Of a stretch of 27,956 nucleotides of DNA, positions 25,103 to 27,956 are shown piece after piece. The stretch is taken from positions 1 to 27,956 of IMG/VR virus record IMGVR_UViG_3300044580_000255; one strand, given 5' to 3'. The notes beneath the pieces are model-generated. The model was not told the origin of the DNA and did not search any database. It was given only the letters and a program-made list of their open reading frames with translations. The translations under genes were made by a program, and so were the position numbers. Source of the stretch: a virus (lineage: Duplodnaviria > Caudoviricetes). The number at the start of each line of letters is the position of its first letter. Positions within the stretch are counted from its first letter, which is position 1.

Positions 25103-26581
25103 GTGCCAAATCTATTTAGAGTTGACTTTTACCAAGGCAAGACAGATGCCGAGGATTATGGCCAGGTGAAACACAGCTTGGTGGATACTGCTACGGACCG
25201 CAAGATCATTAGTTTGACGATATCCGGTGATAAACTTCAGAGTGTTAGCAATTACACAAGGGAGCCAAAACGGCTTGTCTTTGAGTGTTTTCCTACGACA
25301 TGGATTATGGATAACATTCTATCCGGAAGCAATGAGTATGAGCGATATATATCGCATTATGAGGTAAAAGTTTACCGGGATGGAGTGGTATTCTTTACTG
25401 GGATAATTGATACATCTCAATTGAGCTTTGACGAGAGCTCTGGGATCATGAAAATTATGTGTTATGATAAGATTAAACTGCTATCGGTGTTTTCCAATCT
25501 AACGCATTATTACAGTTTAACAGCGGGTTATCTGCCGATCTGGATACTGGGGTATTTTCTGCAGGATATTCAGCAGACGATACCAATAAGCATCCCGTAT
25601 CGGAACCAGTTTGAGATACCAAATTTGTACATCCCGTCTGATAGTTCGCTGAAATTGGTGCATTTGGATTATGATGACATGCTACCCACTGCGGTTGGTG
25701 GATGGGAATATAGCTTTGATAGCAGTGGATGGCCAGCGCCCTTTTACGGTTATCGGGTGGATGTGCTATCTAACACCATTACGTTTGTTTTTGCGTTTAG
25801 GGCTCACATAAAGGCAGTTCATCAAGGTTATGCTACACAATATCAAGCTAAATTCCGCGGGAGAATATACCGATTTTATAATGGAATTTGCCCCGTAATG
25901 AAAGAGTATGAGGAGAAGAGCGAATGGAATACTGATCCAAGCACATTTGAGAATGCGTATAACGAATTTCTTAACTTTTTCAGTAAATATGGGATCAACC
26001 AAGACATATTAATGAATGGTTTAAGCGGATGTGCATCATTGGACAGACGGAGTTATAACAGCGGCCATTACATACATTATTGGGTAGAAGCGGAATGCTA
26101 CGGCTACATACTTCCAAGTTTTATTCATCCTGGCAAGTCATATGAGACCTATAAGCAGGAAAACACGGATAATCTGAAGGTTCTTCAAGCCATGCTGATG
26201 ATGTATAATGCCACTATCTTCACCAATGAAGCCGGACAGATTATTTTGAAGAATAAGGATGCCTACGCCACTGACATTATAGACATAGCCGATGAGGATG
26301 TTATCTCCTTCATCACCAAACGAGTCAATCAGGAAACACCAGATACGAGCGTGATTGAGGTTCTGGCAGGAGATACAACACATTTAGCTAGTTTGATCAA
26401 GGATTATCTAATAGGTTTTCATAATGGCAAGTGGAGCTGTGAAGCGACCATTGATCAGATAGGCAAGTATAACTTGGCACTGCAGAGTAAGATATGCATC
26501 CAAGGGGTAGAATATGCAATTACAGAGATTGAAAGAGATTATGTTAACGACGAGTATAAGGTGAAAGCATGGCGTATATAA
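25103..26581 (+). CDS. Minor tail / tail-tip hub-like protein
   Basis: GTG start directly after the tape measure gene; motif V.V..DG...FTG.ID......D......I.C.D...LL. Confidence 0.6.
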   Translation: MPNLFRVDFYQGKTDAEDYGQVKHSLVDTATDRKIISLTISGDKLQSVSNYTREPKRLVFECFPTTWIMDNILSGSNEYERYISHYEVKVYRDGVVFFTGIIDTSQLSFDESSGIMKIMCYDKIKLLSVFSNLTHYYSLTAGYLPIWILGYFLQDIQQTIPISIPYRNQFEIPNLYIPSDSSLKLVHLDYDDMLPTAVGGWEYSFDSSGWPAPFYGYRVDVLSNTITFVFAFRAHIKAVHQGYATQYQAKFRGRIYRFYNGICPVMKEYEEKSEWNTDPSTFENAYNEFLNFFSKYGINQDILMNGLSGCASLDRRSYNSGHYIHYWVEAECYGYILPSFIHPGKSYETYKQENTDNLKVLQAMLMMYNATIFTNEAGQIILKNKDAYATDIIDIADEDVISFITKRVNQETPDTSVIEVLAGDTTHLASLIKDYLIGFHNGKWSCEATIDQIGKYNLALQSKICIQGVEYAITEIERDYVNDEYKVKAWRI

Positions 26582-27015
26582 AAGGATGGAGATTGATCCG
26601 GCTATCGCAAGGTGAACTGTATTTTTACAACTGCCTAAACGGTCAGGTAGATTATAATCCAAACCGCAAATACCGTTTGGAAAAACGGAACGCGTTTGAT
26701 CCTACCATCAAGCATCAGCGGGATGAATACCGCGAAGATACATTTGAATTGCAGGCAATATTACGGCCGAGTGAATATTATGCATTGATCAATTTTATAA
26801 CCGCTCCAGGAATGTTATATTTGGAATATACGGCGCACGATAAGATAAGAAGCCAATTTCCGGTTACTTTAGTCAATATGCCTAAGTGCCCGGATGATTT
26901 GCATGAATATCCTGAAAAGATTAAGTTTAGCTTGGAATCGAGGTATATTGGCAGTCCAGGATACATACAATTTGATTATATCACAGGTGAAGATGACGAT
27001 GTTACATATAATTGA
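26569..27015 (+). CDS. Minor tail protein (distal-tail-like)
   Basis: 148 aa, overlaps the upstream gene. The assignment is positional. Confidence 0.5.
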   Translation: MAYIKGWRLIRLSQGELYFYNCLNGQVDYNPNRKYRLEKRNAFDPTIKHQRDEYREDTFELQAILRPSEYYALINFITAPGMLYLEYTAHDKIRSQFPVTLVNMPKCPDDLHEYPEKIKFSLESRYIGSPGYIQFDYITGEDDDVTYN

Positions 27016-27021
27016 GGAGTT

Positions 27022-27678
27022 ATGATGTATAAGTATGGCATTAGCTATTATAGGATGGAAGATGGGCAACGAGTGCCGTTATCAGGCGTTGATGTTCGGC
27101 TGTTGAGTCCTGGTGCATCCTGGGATGATGGAATTTTACTGATTGAAAAAGAGACCTCCGGATTTTATGAGTGCTTTATTGATGAAGAGGACTGCGGGTA
27201 CTATGAAGTGTGGGATAACCTTAGTGATCCTGATGGGGCATTTTCTGGCAAGACTTGTATCATTGGGAAAGTGGATGCCAGGGGTCTTCAGAATGAATGT
27301 ATATATGGCAATCACATTCTTGATGGAGTTGTTACCGCTAATAAGATAGCCAATAATGCGATTTCATTAAATCATTTGAGCTCTGAGTTTATTCTATCAC
27401 TCTCAAGGTTCTTATATGAGCTGCAAGACCAGGACGATGGCATTGGAGATGTTACTATGAGTTCCCCCGCTAGTTGCACTGAGGATAAATACATTACACA
27501 TAAATTGAACCGAGAATTTAGTGCAGTTCCATATATCATTATGACTAATCAGTGCAATTGCTTTATGTATGTATCCGACATTTCACTTGATGGTTCTAAA
27601 GTTACAATAAAGATAGCCATTGGAAATAATTATGAAGCAGATTATGCTAAGTATCAGCTACTGGCAATTCCATTTTAG
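27022..27678 (+). CDS. Tail fibre-like protein
   Basis: N-terminal beta-sandwich, fibre-type repeats (ILDGVVTANKIANNAISLNHL) and a C-terminal F...P.I beta domain. It is the last phage gene. Confidence 0.55.
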   Translation: MMYKYGISYYRMEDGQRVPLSGVDVRLLSPGASWDDGILLIEKETSGFYECFIDEEDCGYYEVWDNLSDPDGAFSGKTCIIGKVDARGLQNECIYGNHILDGVVTANKIANNAISLNHLSSEFILSLSRFLYELQDQDDGIGDVTMSSPASCTEDKYITHKLNREFSAVPYIIMTNQCNCFMYVSDISLDGSKVTIKIAIGNNYEADYAKYQLLAIPF

Positions 27679-27683
27679 GAGCA

Positions 27684-27834
27684 TGCAAGAATGGTGAGCT
27701 AATTTGCAAGAATGGTGAGCTGTTCTACAGATGAAATAACTTGAAAGTGCATCTGTAGGCGAAGCTATATATACAACAAATTGCACATATGCAAGAATGG
27801 TGAGCTGGCATGCAAGATTAAGTGAGCTCTTACA
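27684..27834. repeat. Prophage right end: four transposase-binding-like repeats and a terminal CA
   Basis: TGCAAGAATGGTGAGCT at 27684, 27705 and 27790, a variant TGCAAGATTAAGTGAGCT at 27811, then CTTACA ending at 27834. Confidence 0.85.
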
Positions 27835-27956
27835 ATACGGGATTTAATATCTATAAAAACGGAGTGCTTTATACTACTGTTACTGATACCTTTTTTATAG
27901 ACACTGATGTCTATCACGGTGAACAATATACTTATCAGGTGAGCGTTGTTTATGAG

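Larger units (their letters stand above)
1..27834 (+). mobile_element. Mu-like transposable prophage (siphovirus-type tail), left part truncated by the window
   Basis: MuA-type DDE transposase plus MuB-type AAA ATPase, GemA- and DUF3164-like early genes, terminase, portal, capsid and tape measure. The right end has repeated 17-bp sites and a terminal TACA at 27831..27834. No sheath gene was recognised. Confidence 0.92.

Noticed and set aside
25103-27678. Second DGR target among the tail genes
   Set aside because: No TR-like sequence was seen by eye at these gene ends or elsewhere in the window. A remote target outside the window cannot be excluded.
27684-27828. Possible mini-CRISPR or replication iterons
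   Set aside because: The repeats are 17 bp with 4-bp and 68-bp gaps, there are no cas genes, and they lie next to a terminal CA, which fits transposon-end sites.
27897-27914. Palindrome ATAGACA-CTGA-TGTCTAT in the flank
   Set aside because: It is a single short palindrome in presumed host DNA with too little context to interpret.
1-27956. Host taxonomic assignment
   Set aside because: There are no host marker genes in the window, so a database search would be needed.

Overview
The window holds most of a Mu-like (transposable) prophage with a non-contractile, sipho-type tail, and nearly all genes are on the + strand. The gene order is: DDE transposase (open from the window edge), MuB-type ATPase, early genes (GemA-like, amidase, DUF3164-like, HTH proteins), packaging and head genes, tail genes, and a right end with four repeated transposase-binding-like sites ending in TACA at 27834. 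About 120 bp of AT-rich flank follows. The main feature is a complete diversity-generating retroelement (DGR) inside the packaging module. Its target gene is 9251..10723, with VR 10603..10720, TR 10776..10893 and RT 10997..12052. All 15 VR/TR mismatches fall at TR adenines. There is no avd gene; instead a small beta-rich ORF is coupled to the RT. The DGR cassette lies between a decayed copy of the terL 5' end (8782..8876) and the intact terL (12600), which looks like an insertion scar. The target may be a head fibre rather than a tail fibre. Other points are a fused protease-scaffold-capsid gene, two tandem tail-tube-like paralogs, a -1 frameshift in the tail chaperone, and a 30-aa antisense peptide gene. 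The left end and the repressor are outside the window. Family assignments come from recognising motifs by eye, not from database searches.
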